Shown: positions 25,591 through 38,699 of the stretch, one piece after another
Layout of the letters: each line of letters starts with the position of its first letter
Numbering within the stretch: position 1 is the stretch's first letter
Assembly: GCA_030141605.1 (NCBI GenBank)
Contig: JAQGDQ010001328.1
Span: 1 to 47,036 of the forward strand
DNA length: 47,036 nt
Origin: Tubiluchus corallicola
Lineage: Eukaryota > Animalia > Priapulida
Direction: 5' to 3'
The notes under the pieces: generated by a model
The model's input: the letters and a program-made list of their open reading frames with translations, nothing else
Database searches by the model: none
What the model was told of the DNA's origin: nothing
Position numbers and translations under genes: made by a program

Positions 25591-25964
25591 AACGCCAAGC
25601 AATATACCTTACATGTTATTCGTTATTTCGTGAGTTTCATCTTTACCTGTATTTTTGTCAGTGTAAGTTGCTAAATTAAAGTTAATGCTAATGTTGCTTG
25701 TTAAATGACGAGGGAAATAAAATGCTGATTTTTGTTCTTAGTTGAATTAGTCAGTGCTTATGATCAATACCTTCTAATGCATTATGCGCTCAAATACAGC
25801 CTGTTTAGGTGACTGGTAGGCATATTTTTATTGTTTATTGCCAACAAACAAATTATTATTTTTTCGCCAACGCAGGGGGTCGGGTCACGCCCCAAGGGGG
25901 AATCAGAGGAATTTTTACCTTCGACCATTGAGCTACTACCCGACCTCTGACCTTTTCTCTCTCT

Positions 25965-26120
25965 AACTTTATCCCTGACATGTTAACCGTAACCTAACTG
26001 TTGACTCGAATCCTAAATACTAACCTTAACCCGTAACCTTTAAACTTTAGCCTGATAATAACCTGATAACCTCTAATCTTATCTCTAGTCAATAACCCTA
26101 ACTCATAATCCTAACCCTGT
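25965..26120. repeat. Degenerate (TAACCC/TAACCT)n repeat
   Basis: Multiple taacc-containing units. Confidence 0.6.
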
Positions 26121-28169
26121 CTCTTAAAGCACAAGAAAACCCTCCACTTACATCAAGTTTTAAAAATTCGTCTCAAAATTTTATACCACTTACATGCCGC
26201 CTTTTCGTATGCAGGGCTTGCATCGGCCGTAACACTGTATAAAACCTGTAAATTTAAACACCCCCGATGACCGTTAGGCGCAGCAATTTTAATGGCAGGT
26301 CGTTTGAAACAAGTTTTTATAACGTTGAGTAAAGTTTGAAAAAATGACCAGAGCATTCCTAGCGTTATGTAATTAGCATTCAGAGCATTGAGTAGAATTT
26401 TAAAACTATATCTTGTCAATAAGTTTAAAAATACGTTTTTGGCTAGTGAGTGCGCACTCTGGGGGGTGAGTCAGCGACATTTTACCAATTGGCACAAACA
26501 TTTTAAATTATTTGTCTAGTTACATAAGTCTTTCCAGCAGGTAAGTGAAATGCTAAGTAATATAGATTTGCACGGAAAGTTTTTTTGGGTCATTATTTAA
26601 CATTGGGTTTTCTTCCCCTGATTTACGTGGCGTACTGACGTCATGTAATGGCGCCGTCTGAACAATATTGCGGGAAATTTAAAATGCAATCAAACGAAAA
26701 TTGCTTTCAACGCAATTACGATATGTGCATAAAATTGTTGTAAATTAATATAATTTTTTAAGGCGATTTTTCTGAAAGCTACTTCCGGTGCCCCTTTTCT
26801 TGTCCATTCTTGTCCATATTTTTGCTTGTGTGATAACTGATTTTTTTGTGTTTTAATTCTATCATATAATTGTTTTGTAACCCTAATCCTACTTTACAGG
26901 GCTATTGCTTTGTGTTTGTTGTTTTTTATTATTTATCGAGTAATTAAACAACAAAATAAAACACAAGGGCAGCCATTTTTATACATTTTTATAAACATTT
27001 ATTTTGAGCAATCAAATTTCGACACACTATGTCTAAATTTAAGTTCTACAAAATATAGATAATTTTAATCGGAAAAGTGTATGGTAGGTTTTGAATGCAT
27101 TTCTATGATCACACATGTAAATATTTATAATCTCGACTTACTGCAACTTCTCCACCTCCTCCTGTAGCTTTTCATACTCCTCCAAACATAGCTTAATTCC
27201 AAGTTTGCTGGGAACAATGACAATGTTTTTTTTTCCAGCCTACATGTAATGCCAATTCCGGAGACACCTAATGACTGATGTCACAGTTCAGAAGTATGGC
27301 ACAACGACGTCTGCCTTTTTCTTCCATTCAACCTACATGTAATGTTGCACCGGTGGCATCGTAGCCCAACAAAAAGGTCTTGTTAGTGGTAGGGGTAACC
27401 ATGTAAACCACCTGAATAAAGTTCATTTGAGATAATAGCCCTGTTTTGATACCCACAAACCCATTGGCATCACTTAGCATTCAGCACATTTAATATAATG
27501 CTGTTGCCTCTGCTATCATATGTGGACTAGAGGAATACGTGAACCTAAGAATAAATGGACAACATTTTTCATGGCCGCTTATGCCCTAAAAACTAACCAA
27601 ATGCATGATAAACAAATAAAAAAGCCAAAAAATATATGCATTCACAAAAGACTTTTCATCTGTTGATGACACTAATGCCAAATCGTCTTAACACAGGTAC
27701 AGCAAAAGATCACAGTCTCACTATCCGTGCTTCGTTGACAGAGAGAACTGTGTATCTAGCCTCAAAGGGAAGATGGAATGCTTCCACTCCCGCCAAGTGC
27801 CTGGTTATGTAGGCAGCAGTCCAATTACATCACTGCAAATAGGTCATCCAATTGCAACACACCAGCTCAACTAGCTCAACCAATCATTGTGCACCATCAC
27901 GTAGATAGCTGTTGGGCAGCATGTATGTCTCGATCATGGTGAGCACGCATGGTGAGGTCAAGAGTCGACTAGTGTAACATTTATGCAAGCTGCTTTTTAT
28001 ATTCCTATACCTTTTTGTAAAAATATAAAGGAATAAGTATATTTAGCCAGGAGAGAAGAATTAATTAACCATGACAGTACTATATAGTGGTAGTACTGGG
28101 CTGCTAATTAGGTAATTGATCATGTAGATATGTAATAACAATTTAGTCTTGATTCTTTTTTCAGTTTAC

Positions 28170-29095
28170 ATTTTTCTTGGGATACAAAGTAATAGACAAG
28201 TTTAAAGATTGAACATTTCATATCTAACTAAGCCTATTATCGACCTACTAATTTTTTAGCAAATGACGAAGCCTCCGTTTCGAATTTCTGTTTTCCATAA
28301 CGTATGAAACACAACTAAAATAGCCAATACTAATTTTTTCCAAAACCTCCTTGTCTTCGTTATAAAAGTAAATTAACTCTCACTAAATGCCAACAAATCC
28401 ACATACAATATTTGTGATATATTTAAGTTTGTGAGAAAAAAATAGTTGCATCTGATCCTTGGCGATCAAATTATTCAGAAAAATAATTGAAATTAAATTC
28501 CTATGTATCATCCTAAGCAAAAATTAAACTGGCAATCACATATAAATATGTCAGAGATAAACGCAGTGAAAAATATAGGGCACAGCGTTCCACATTAATT
28601 AAAATCTAATCACTAAAAATCTTTTAATGTTATATAAGGCATTGATTCTTCCGTACTTGCATTACTGCAATATCCTGTGTGTCTAACATATTTAATTAAA
28701 TTGCAACCTCTTAAATCTCTCCCATGACCAACGTAAATTATTAAACATGTTTTATAACTTTTCTGAATATGCTGATGTTCCATTGGTTTGGTACAATGAG
28801 CGCAAGATTCTATTATGCCTTAGTAAAATTTAGTACCCAAATATATATGTATGGAACACGTAAGTTGCCTACCTCTTTTTACATAAGTCCAGTAAAAAAG
28901 ATTCAATCTAATTATAGCACAATATATAATGAATATTACCTACCTTTGTGCAGAATAAATTGTGCAAAGCACTTTATCAGTTATCAAAGACCAAAATCTC
29001 GGAACGAAATTCATCAATTTCCCAAATCGATAATAAATATTGGAAAATTCAAAACGCAAATAAAGAATGATTTATGTAATACAGACCTTAACTAA
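28170..29095 (+). mobile_element. Degraded L2/Crack-like LINE 3' remnant
   Basis: KFL.II...LNWQSHI; MLYKALILPYLHYCNI; YLP.CR......ISYQ.PK..NEI. Confidence 0.7.
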
Positions 29096-29824
29096 GTACT
29101 TATCTGCTTCTAGTTTCGTTTCTTCTGCAGCAGCTACATACAGTAGAGGTAGGCAAAATTCTACTCTAGGTTTACTTTTCTTGATTTTACAAGCTTATTG
29201 ATAATTTTAGCAAGGTATTGTTGTTATCATGTCAACCACAATCAATCTTTCGCCACATCGCCCATTTTTCATTTATATACAAATTGCACAAAAAAGATTG
29301 TTGTTATTGCTGAACTCTCGTCTACTACGTTGTCACTGCTGCATAGCATTTCCTGCATCTTTGTCGGTTTTTTGTCCTCAAATAGCTCAAAAAAGATGCA
29401 GTGTGGAGCAAATTAGGGTCTAGCTTGCAAATTTGGGATTGATTCATCAGATGATGGTAGGTGAAGCCAATCCATACATGTAATGAGATATTTATTTCAA
29501 TATTGTATGGTTGATAAATTGTGTACACCCAAGCTAAAGATTACAGCATTAGGTCTGCTTTTATTTCTTCTACACACCAGAATGGCTATTGGGTCAAACA
29601 TTTGACATTTGGCTATTTGCTCTTACATATTTTACAAGCAAAATTGTACAAAATACAACATTCAAATTGCACTGACATAGTAAAGGTCAGCCAAAAAGTT
29701 GCAAAAAATGTATGTGTGAATGCTGGCATTCTTGTGCAATGTGTGCATATGCATGCAAACACACGCATGTAAACTATGCACTATTTCATTGTGTATGTAT
29801 GCTTGAATGTGCAATGTTTTTTAG

Positions 29825-30260
29825 TATCACAATTTGCCAATTCAAGTGCAGATTATAATGATCATGATGATTATGGTGATGGCGGTGATGGTGATGTACC
29901 TGTGATGCCAGGACCTAGAGTTGATAATGGTGGTGAAGGCAATGGTAATGGTGTCATACCTATGAGTATAGACAGTGAAACTGATGAAAGTGTAGCTGAT
30001 GACGATAATGATAATGTGAGGAGGAGACAAGATAGGACACACATGAGGAGAGGAACTGCGACATTTCGAGGGTGCATGATGAGTACAGCAGCAGCTAATG
30101 ACATAGATAATTATGATAATAGCGATGGTGACGATGTTGACAGAGATAATGATGATGATACTCTGAGAAGAGATGTTAGGACCCTCGCAAGGACAGGAGT
30201 TAGGGTACGTAGAAGCATGCTTGTTTTGAAAGAGGTAGAATTTCAAGCAATCAAATCAAG
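29825..30260 (+). other. Candidate exon encoding Asp/Gly-rich then Arg-rich low-complexity peptide
   Basis: Open frame inside ORF 29776..30264. Acceptor-like tgttttttag at 29824 and strong donor AAG|GTAAGG at 30260. Confidence 0.35.
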
Positions 30261-31472
30261 GTAAGGTTGTCAAGTAATTCATAAATTTCAAGCAGTCAGA
30301 AAGAAAACGTAAAAGTAAAATATATTAATGCAATGCTAAATGTGTGAACTAACAAAACATAATGAGCTTTTAAATAAAAATGAAATAGAACTGCCCCATA
30401 GCGTCTGCTCAAATTTTGGAGCAAATTTTGGTGTTACAATGATTATGATAACAATGAAATATTAAATTATGAACAAAAATTCATTGAGCAGCAAGTAGTA
30501 AACCATGCAATGAAAAATAAACAATGGACAAAATTCATCTGTGAAAGAACCGCCTGACAAAGGACACTGGTTAAAGGTTCACTTGAAAAAAGCACTACCA
30601 GTCAGAGGACCGAAATAAAAATTAGCAAATCAGGCAATTAGCAACTGAAAACCCATTTAAGACATGCCTTGTGTTGAGATGATTAAAATTAACTGTGAAG
30701 TTCTGCATTAATTTATTTTTCAGTTCCCTCTCTCACTAAGCCAAAATTCTATTTTCGTGCATTGACTAATTTGATGGTGCTATAAATAAAGAAAAAAAGA
30801 AATTGAGGTTGTTTGTCCAATGGTCAATTGTGAACACATTTTGAGCTCTATTTTTACTGATGGTAGGTCTACAAAATGTATTTTTTGCAAAAACAATGTT
30901 ATAAAGATAATTAACAGTGTAGCATTATGTCACAAATTGTTGGATTATGTCTTAGAATTCGTCATTATGTAGCAAATTTTGTGCCATTACGTGGTAACCA
31001 TTATTAGTTTTTATGTCACCAAATATTATGTCTTGAAGTGGCCTCTCTAGGTCTAATCTTCAGAGGTCTGGTCTGTGGCAGTTCTGTCTGGAATCTTGTT
31101 TTTTTAGATATGATCTATGAAAAATGAATGGAAAATGGATGGAAAATTATAAGATTTTACTGGTGCATAGGCAGTGAAGTAGGAAATTTAGACATTGAAG
31201 AGCTTATTTTTTACTTTCAAATCAAATATGCTAACATTGTAACTAACTGCTGATTTTTACATTATGTATATTTTGTGCTCAGGAAAATGCAAAGAACTGC
31301 TTATTAAATTAAGCGCATAATTATTATAACAAAAAGTTTGCATGACATATACAATGAACAACCATAATAATGTTAATTTGTAGTTACTCTAGTACGTCGA
31401 GAAATAAGCTTCCTGCATTATAATTGTAAACGCACTAACCCCGTATTAATAATACGTATTTGAACTAGATAC

Positions 31473-31477
<5 letters not shown>

Positions 31478-31518
<41 letters not shown>
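31478..31518. repeat. (AT)n microsatellite
   Basis: Direct observation. Confidence 0.95.
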
Positions 31519-31521
<3 letters not shown>

Positions 31522-33436
31522 ACTAGAAACACATTCTATACAAAAACTTTTTATTTCATTGCCAAATAAAGAGCTTTTTCTCATGATTTGAGGATGTTAT
31601 TCTCAGTAAGGAGCTTCGGAGATAAATGGTGTCCGCATAGAGCTTCAATGTCAGTATAACTCACTACAGTACAGAAAACTCGTGAAATATGTAAGTTATA
31701 TATATGTGGAAGTTTAACCTGAATGAGTACCTTGGAGGCCTTTTCGAAGACAAAAGCTATGAAACTTAAAAATTACTCATTCATACAAAACGGTTGTGTG
31801 TTCAGTTGTTAACATAGACAAAGCTAACAAAGACTGAACCAAGGCAACCCAGGTTGTTAGATAATGCCATCGTGTCTCATTTCCCGACACGTTGTTCAGA
31901 GTTCTGATCTTAGGCTCGTCTGCCTGGGTTTTGGGCTATGTCTGATCTGTCTGTGGTCTGTTGGTCAAAGGCCTATAGAATCCATACAGGCCATCCAAAG
32001 ACTAAACCTTTGATAGATCATATCCCAGACAGACCAGAACCAGACAGTAAAGAGAACTTGTTAAAATATGCTAAATGTCAAATAATTATGCTAAGAAGAG
32101 TATTCATGAAGCCAAGCCAAATAAGGAAATTTTAAGGCGCGGTGTCACGTGACGACGTGGGCGAAGAACTGACCCATTTGTCAGACTGCGCACGCAGCTG
32201 ATATCCATGCCGTGACACCAGCTCGCAGCAGGGCTTGGTCAGACTCCTCACTCACGCAGAGGACGTCTCTCGTAAATCAGGGGCTTTAGCATTGCTATAC
32301 CTTTATTATATTGTGATGTTATTTAATAAAAGTGTTATTTCACAAACAAAGTCCTGATAGCTTTGCCATTACTCAAACGTTCATAAACAGCTACACATAG
32401 CTCACACACGTACTACCACTGTACAACAAACCTAATAATTTTACTCAGACGAATTAGCCGTCTTAGCTAAATTTGCAGATAAATGAAATGCACGTATCAA
32501 AAATGTGCCTAATTGACAGCTTTTGTGACTGTTTACGCTTGTCATTACATTATTTCAGGCACACAGAAAAAGGCGGTGATCTTCAATGACAGGAGAATTG
32601 TTTAACAACCACCCTGATGTCTTCTACGTATATGAGCGTTTTACACTCAGTGTTTTGGAAAAACAAAATATCGGACTTTATGCCTAGAAGTGTTAACCCA
32701 AAACTGCATCACCTGATGAACATCACGAAGTTGACAAAAGATGCAATATCAAAGTCGAAACTAAAAAATCGCATTGCATCAAATGAACTTATGCGCGGGG
32801 TAGATCCCCTGAACCCCCAGACAAATTATGCCTATCGCAGAACAGTTTTAGTCCGATCACGTGCAATGTGGAATTACAGAAATTGTCGAGAGTACATACC
32901 AGAAGATATATCAGTTGATCACTCCACAAACTGCAGTAAACCATCTATTGGTCACCTAATTAGCAATATGGCATTTAACTATGACCAAATTTGTAAAAAT
33001 TATAAATATTTTGTAGCAAGACTAACAAGCAAGTATGCAGTGAACTACATTCGTTTTTTATTTACTGCTCTTTAGTGCAGTGGGACAATAGGTCAGGTCA
33101 ACTGCTTCCAGTAATCATTGTTTCTGTATGTCAAAGAACCGAACACTGCACAGTTTCCAAATCATTGCATTAAAAATTTTGCTTGTTTGCTTATTTGTTG
33201 ATTTTTTACACAGTAATTTACTTAAGTGGATTGTTGCGCGGAGAGGTATTTATGACAAAAAGTCTCAGTTGAATTTCTTGTAAACAACTGACCTTTATTT
33301 CTGCAATATTTAAAAACTAAAATAGAAAAGCAAAATCGACTGACATTTGCTAAGTTTGTGAAAATTTACATATCTTACATTAGGGTAAGCATATGGCGCT
33401 AGGTTAGTGGACAACCACTAGCAGTCCTTCTAAAGT

Positions 33437-34473
33437 AAAAAAATTCTCTATTGGAATAATGTGTACAAGAGAAAGGACTATTATTGGGGTTTTGGTAGAA
33501 AACCTTTTCTTGAAAATTGCCAAAAGGAATCATCATTTTGTGAGACAACAGCTAATCACTCAATGTTGGCTGAAAGTGATGCAGTAATTATTCATCCAGT
33601 TAAGCCGTATATTAACCTGAACCATGTACAAACACTGCAGTCTTCAAATCAAAAGTGGCTACTTTTCTCAGTTGAGTCACGCCTTTATAAGAATTTTCAG
33701 CTTGAACGTTTAAACATAAAAATACATTGGACAATGACTTACCGACTAGATTCAGATATTGTTGTGCCATATGGGGGTATAGTAAAGCGAACCACACGTG
33801 AGAAATATGTTTTTGGACAACATCGCAAAAACAAAAAATCAAAACTTGTAGCTTGGTTCGTCAGTCTCTGCAGCACCAAAAGTCATCGAGAGCATTATGT
33901 CTATTATCTTAAAAATATGCTAATGTTGACGTTTATGGGGCGTGTAATGCAAGAAAAAAACTGAAAAATCTAGCAAATTGTTATACATTTCTTCAGGAAA
34001 ACTATAAATTCTATCTTTCCTTTGAAAGCACAGTGTGCAAGAATTACGTTACAGAAAACCTTTTTGCAGTAATGATGTATGACGTAGTTCCAATAGTGTT
34101 AGGTGGTGCAAATTACCCCCGGCTTTTACCTCCAAACTCTTACATAAATGTTGACGATTTTGCATCACCAAAGGAACTGGCATTATTACTAAAAGGCATG
34201 AAAGACTATGAGTACGACGAGTACGGAAAGAAACTCACAAAGCCGTGTTGGTTTTTCCGACAGACAAAAATTTTAAGCATGGGCTTCATCATCAGCAGAA
34301 CTTTTTGGTGTGAATTATGCATGAGGTTGCACAGTGAAGTAATGAGCAATGACGCAAAGAATAAAATTAAAAAAGACAAATATTATAAAAACTTAACTAT
34401 GTGGTGGGAAAATGATGTGTGCACAGTGAACAAATATTCAAATTTACATTCATCACAAGATCCATTTCATTAA
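33437..34473 (+). pseudogene. Alpha-1,3-fucosyltransferase paralog, frameshifted
   Basis: Colinear with 24121..25374 (GRKPFLENC, WTMTYRLDSDIV, YVFGQHR, LVAWFVS, VVPIVLGGANY). Frameshift at ~33911-33915, probable compensating shifts at ~34225 and ~34305, motif changes ESP>ESR, FENS>FEST, TEK>TEN. No in-frame N-terminus. Confidence 0.88.
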
Positions 34474-34673
34474 AACAATGAAAAACTATATTACATTGTC
34501 GTGCACTGTGATATCTGTTTCAGTTTAAAGATTTCATCCTTTTCAGCAAATATTCATAAAATAGTATCCATAGGGGTGAAAAAGTATATGCTTAGCTTTT
34601 CTTTTTTCTTGAAAAAATGTCAAATTAATCACTTGTTCTTTCTAAGTAGGGAGATTTCTTGGCCCTTCAACCG

Positions 34674-35460
34674 TTAACATGATAACCGCTAAAATTTCAC
34701 TCTACTAAAACCTCTGAAACAGTCAAAAGTGACAGCTCCTGAAATATTGCTTTAAGGAATGGTAATTAACTGCAAATAAAATGTGCCTAAAGATTAAAAT
34801 GTTTTATGTAGCGCTTATGTAGTATTGAAACTTTTATATGCAGTTATTACAAACTTTACAAAGACATTACAGGTGTACATTATTTATTTACATTGCAGCA
34901 TTTTAATTGCAGCAGTTTTTTTACATGTACACCTTCCACAAACTGGCTTGTTAAACACACAGCAGCATTCAGATGTTTTGTTTCTGCATCTGGCAATATG
35001 ACACCGACGACGTTCAGGACTTACAGCGGTATCGGCTACTGCAAGTGGTCCAATGCATTTATGAGGGCTTTATTGCACGGTTTGCATACAATTCTTCATC
35101 TAGTTCCAAATCAATATTTCGACGAACAACTTTGCTATCCGTGCATTTTTTAAACATTATACAAGCATTAACTCCAGGTAGATCTAAAATATTGTAGAAG
35201 ATTTGTGCAAGAAGACATTTGCTCCCTGCTTCAATTTCAATGCATTTTTGTACAAAAATCAACATATTTTATTAAATACATGGATCAGTACTAAACGTTT
35301 CAGCTACAAGCTGAGATGAAGTGATAAGACTCTGTTTCCGGACAGAGGGGTGCGGCACCTTTTGTTAAATTATGGATGTGTACTAAGTCACTGCGTATAC
35401 CCAAAACTGTCTCACCAATGTTTGGTTATATCATCTTAACAAATTCTGCCTAACAGCTAT
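34674..35460 (-). mobile_element. piggyBac transposon 3' remnant
   Basis: AGSK...QIFYNILDL.GVNA.I.FK.......R....EL.EEL, then Cys-rich RRRCHIARCRNKTSECC...KPVCGRC. TTAA-flanked end candidate at 34674. Confidence 0.8.
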
Positions 35461-35849
35461 AATCTATCGATTTTGTAACGTTTGCACAATGAGAGCCTAC
35501 TAATTGGGTTTCCCGAAGCTACATGTTAAATTTATATTATTTATAAACTTATTAGACACTATGTTACTGTAATTAGGCGATACAAGAAGCGACAACAGCT
35601 TTTTTTGGATACACCCAATTTTTGAAAACCGTGAACACTAAGGCGAATATTGCACCAAGTTGTAATGGATGAAGAAAAGTGTGCTAGTTATTAGGGAATG
35701 CAACCTGCAAATTTTCGAATTTTTCTTGATTAAATGTTCGAGATTGTGTTCCCGGTGAATTGCGCCTTGTGTTACGCTACTGAGCATCCCCATGGCACTG
35801 GTCAGAAGGAGTCAAAGGCAGGAAAGAAACTTACATAAATAAATCTTTG

Positions 35850-36275
35850 ACAGTTTGCGAATACAACAAGAAAATGGGTGTATTTGACAAAACGGATCAA
35901 CTCCTACAGATATGGTGCTCCCAGAAAAAGTATGAAATGGTACAGGAAGCTAGCAATACATCTATTGTTTATTTCATACAAAAAGTTTCATCCAAACACA
36001 AAAAGAGCTACTTGTAATTTCAACAAGAAATTATAGGCAGTCTGCTTTTCGAAGCCAATGAGGTAAGAGATGTAAATGTTCCTCGCTTAGAGCATATTGT
36101 GCGTCTAAGTGAGAAACATTTCATCTCAGTTCTACCACCTACAAGCAATAAACAATACCCAACCAAACGATGGGGAGTTTGTTATGCCAACGTGGAGGTA
36201 AGGTACTGCTTTTACAGTGCACTAGCCAGCCTGCCCTATGTTTTGCAGGATGCTTTGAAATATGCCATACGAAAC
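35850..36275 (+). mobile_element. piggyBac (PGBD4-like) transposase C-terminal remnant
   Basis: EYNKKMGVFDKTDQLL...RKSMKWYRKLAIHL...RLSEKHF...YPTKR..VC...RYC...PALC...CF...HT, frameshifted. Confidence 0.85.
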
Positions 36276-36849
36276 TTAATTACCTTACCATGTGGTAATG
36301 CTGATATTGATGATGATTATGAGATGACACGGCGGTGATACTGATGACGATATTGGTGATGATGACAATAACATCGACACTAACATTTTTTTAAAAAAGT
36401 ACAGTTACAGTATTTTTGTGAATTTAAATCCGTGATAAAATTTGTAACAACACAACAATATTTTGTGTATGAGAAACTTTTCTGTGTGATTACTTTCCTT
36501 TTATTTTCTTCTGCTTTTCTTTCTTTTCAGCTTCCCCTTCCTCATTTTCTCAACATTTTTCATTATTCTCACAAGTTTGTTAATCCATCGACGAGACGAC
36601 GACTACACACAGATGGCAGTGAAATGGAGGGAGCACTGGGAGGAGCGACAGCAGCAGCACTGGCAGGGTGGGAGGTTGTCAGCTATGATGGCAGCAACGG
36701 TAATACTAACAGAAAAAGTGGTGGTGATGTAGCAAAAATCATGTTATAATAACATTGCAGTGCGCCAGTTGGTATGCAAATTACATGTCAGTGATGTGGT
36801 TAATATTCGTTCAAAATCGTTCGACAAAAATCAGTAGCTTTCCCATTGC

Positions 36850-38400
36850 ACGAATAGTCACCGAAAATGACGTTAACCTTATTAGGTTTACATTTTCCGA
36901 TGCAGAAAATGTTATTTCGCGTATTAAGCATAACAAGAGCAGCCCACAGAATGGGATGTTTTCAGATAGCTTGATTAACGGTTCCGAATCGTTAAGCATT
37001 CATTTAAGTGTGCTCTTTAACTGTGCGGCGAATCACGGCAAATGCCCTGATAATTAATTGTCCTCTAGTATTATTTCCATCCCAATGATAAACGAGGAGA
37101 TCTCTGTGATATAACTATTACAGAGGTATTGCGTTTTCATCACCAATTTGCAAAATTTTGGCCTGGCTGATTTTATTAAAGTATATGGATACACTTGTGA
37201 CTTCTGACAACCAATTTGGATTCAAAAGAGACATATCTACTAGAATGTATACTTCAGTTGTAAAAGAAACTGTGTCATATAATTTGCATGATAGCACCCC
37301 TGTTTATAGTGCATTCCTGGATGTCTCTTAGGCTTTAGACAAAGTCAACTTTATCAAATCGTTTAGATTGTTGTTAAAAAGGAATCTTTCCTCCATTATT
37401 ATATACGTACATTTTTAAACATGTATATCAAACAAAAAAATGAACGTAAATGGGATTATGAAATGTCAAACGCGTTTACTGTGTCTGATGGGGTGCGGCA
37501 AGATGCTGTTCTTTCTCCCACCCTTTTCGGAGTATATTTAGATGATCTGCTGGTAAAACTTCAAGAATTCCGCTGCGGTTGCTACGATGCCAATGTTTAC
37601 ACTGACACAGTCAGCTACGCTAACGATTTAACAATTTTAGCACCTAGTGCAAAGGCATTGCAAAAGTTGCTCCTGATCTGTGATGAATATGCCAATGAGA
37701 ATAACATAAATTTTGTTAATATGCAGGGCAATAAAATTAAAAGCAAATGCATTCGATTTACTCCATTTTAAGAAAAAAATTGCCATATCCAATGCTTTGC
37801 GACACCCCTCTCACCTGGTGTGATACGGTCGTCCATTTTGGACATATTTTGTCTTTGATCTCTCTGATGATGCCGACATTTTACGCAATGTCGCAGTTAC
37901 GTAAGAGCAGTTTTTGTGTGTCACGTAAACAGCATCATTAATTTGTAACTTTGGCTTTGTAAAGAGCCAAATCAAAACAAAAATTGCAATATTGCTGTGC
38001 GTAAGTTATGGTGCCTCACATATTGAACACACACTTATATATTACCTTAAATTGTCAATATTGTACATCCAAGTCTACAGTTTATCAAGCGTTTTATTAA
38101 ATATTATTTTAATTGTAAACAAAGTGGTAACACTATTGTAGAATTTGTGGCACACCAAGGTCTGTTTACTGTTAAATCAGCAATGGGTTTTAATTTACGA
38201 CATATATGTTGCATATTGAACTGTAGTAGCTATCAGTTAGAAAATTGATATTATATTTTGGCAAGGAGATCAGTGAGGAAAGTTGCTTTGATAGGAAAAC
38301 AACTTGTAATCGTTAATATGGCTAGAGACTGTGTTGAGCGCTTAAAATGTAATGATTTTAATTATTTAAACACAACATAGCTGCAATCATTTCTAAATTA
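36850..38400 (+). mobile_element. Degraded RTE-X-like LINE RT region
   Basis: YRGIA.SS.ICK; NQFGFK; AFLD.S.A.DKV; GVRQ.AVLSP.LF.VY.DDL...GC...YANDL..LAPS. Confidence 0.85.
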
Positions 38401-38699
38401 CATTGTAACATGTTAATTTGAAAGAAAAGCCCATTAATTCTTTTTACCATCGTCATGCTGTTTTTATTACTAATCGCGTGAATTGACTGCTAACCCTTTA
38501 TATTATGAATATCTTTATTTTCAAATACATTATTTTATTTCAAAGGAAAACTAAGCCAACAACTATTTAATTGTGCCTTGTTTCTGTGCTGTCCTGCCAG
38601 GAGAAGCTTAAACGCGGCCAAGACTTGCTTTTAGATTTTAGGTTTTAGATTTATCCAATCCTAATATACAATAATATCTTACAAATAAATGTGATTAGC

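Noticed and set aside
25965-26120. Telomere or telomere-fusion relic
   Set aside because: Short, highly degenerate and interstitial; more likely repeat-internal, as at 40735-40845.
31935-32046. Imperfect hairpin as an ncRNA
   Set aside because: Pairing is patchy and low in complexity (tctg/caga); no family features.
32617-33075. 152-aa ORF as a gene or as the N-terminus of the fucosyltransferase paralog
   Set aside because: No recognisable motif, and separated from the GT10 region by about 360 bp containing stops.
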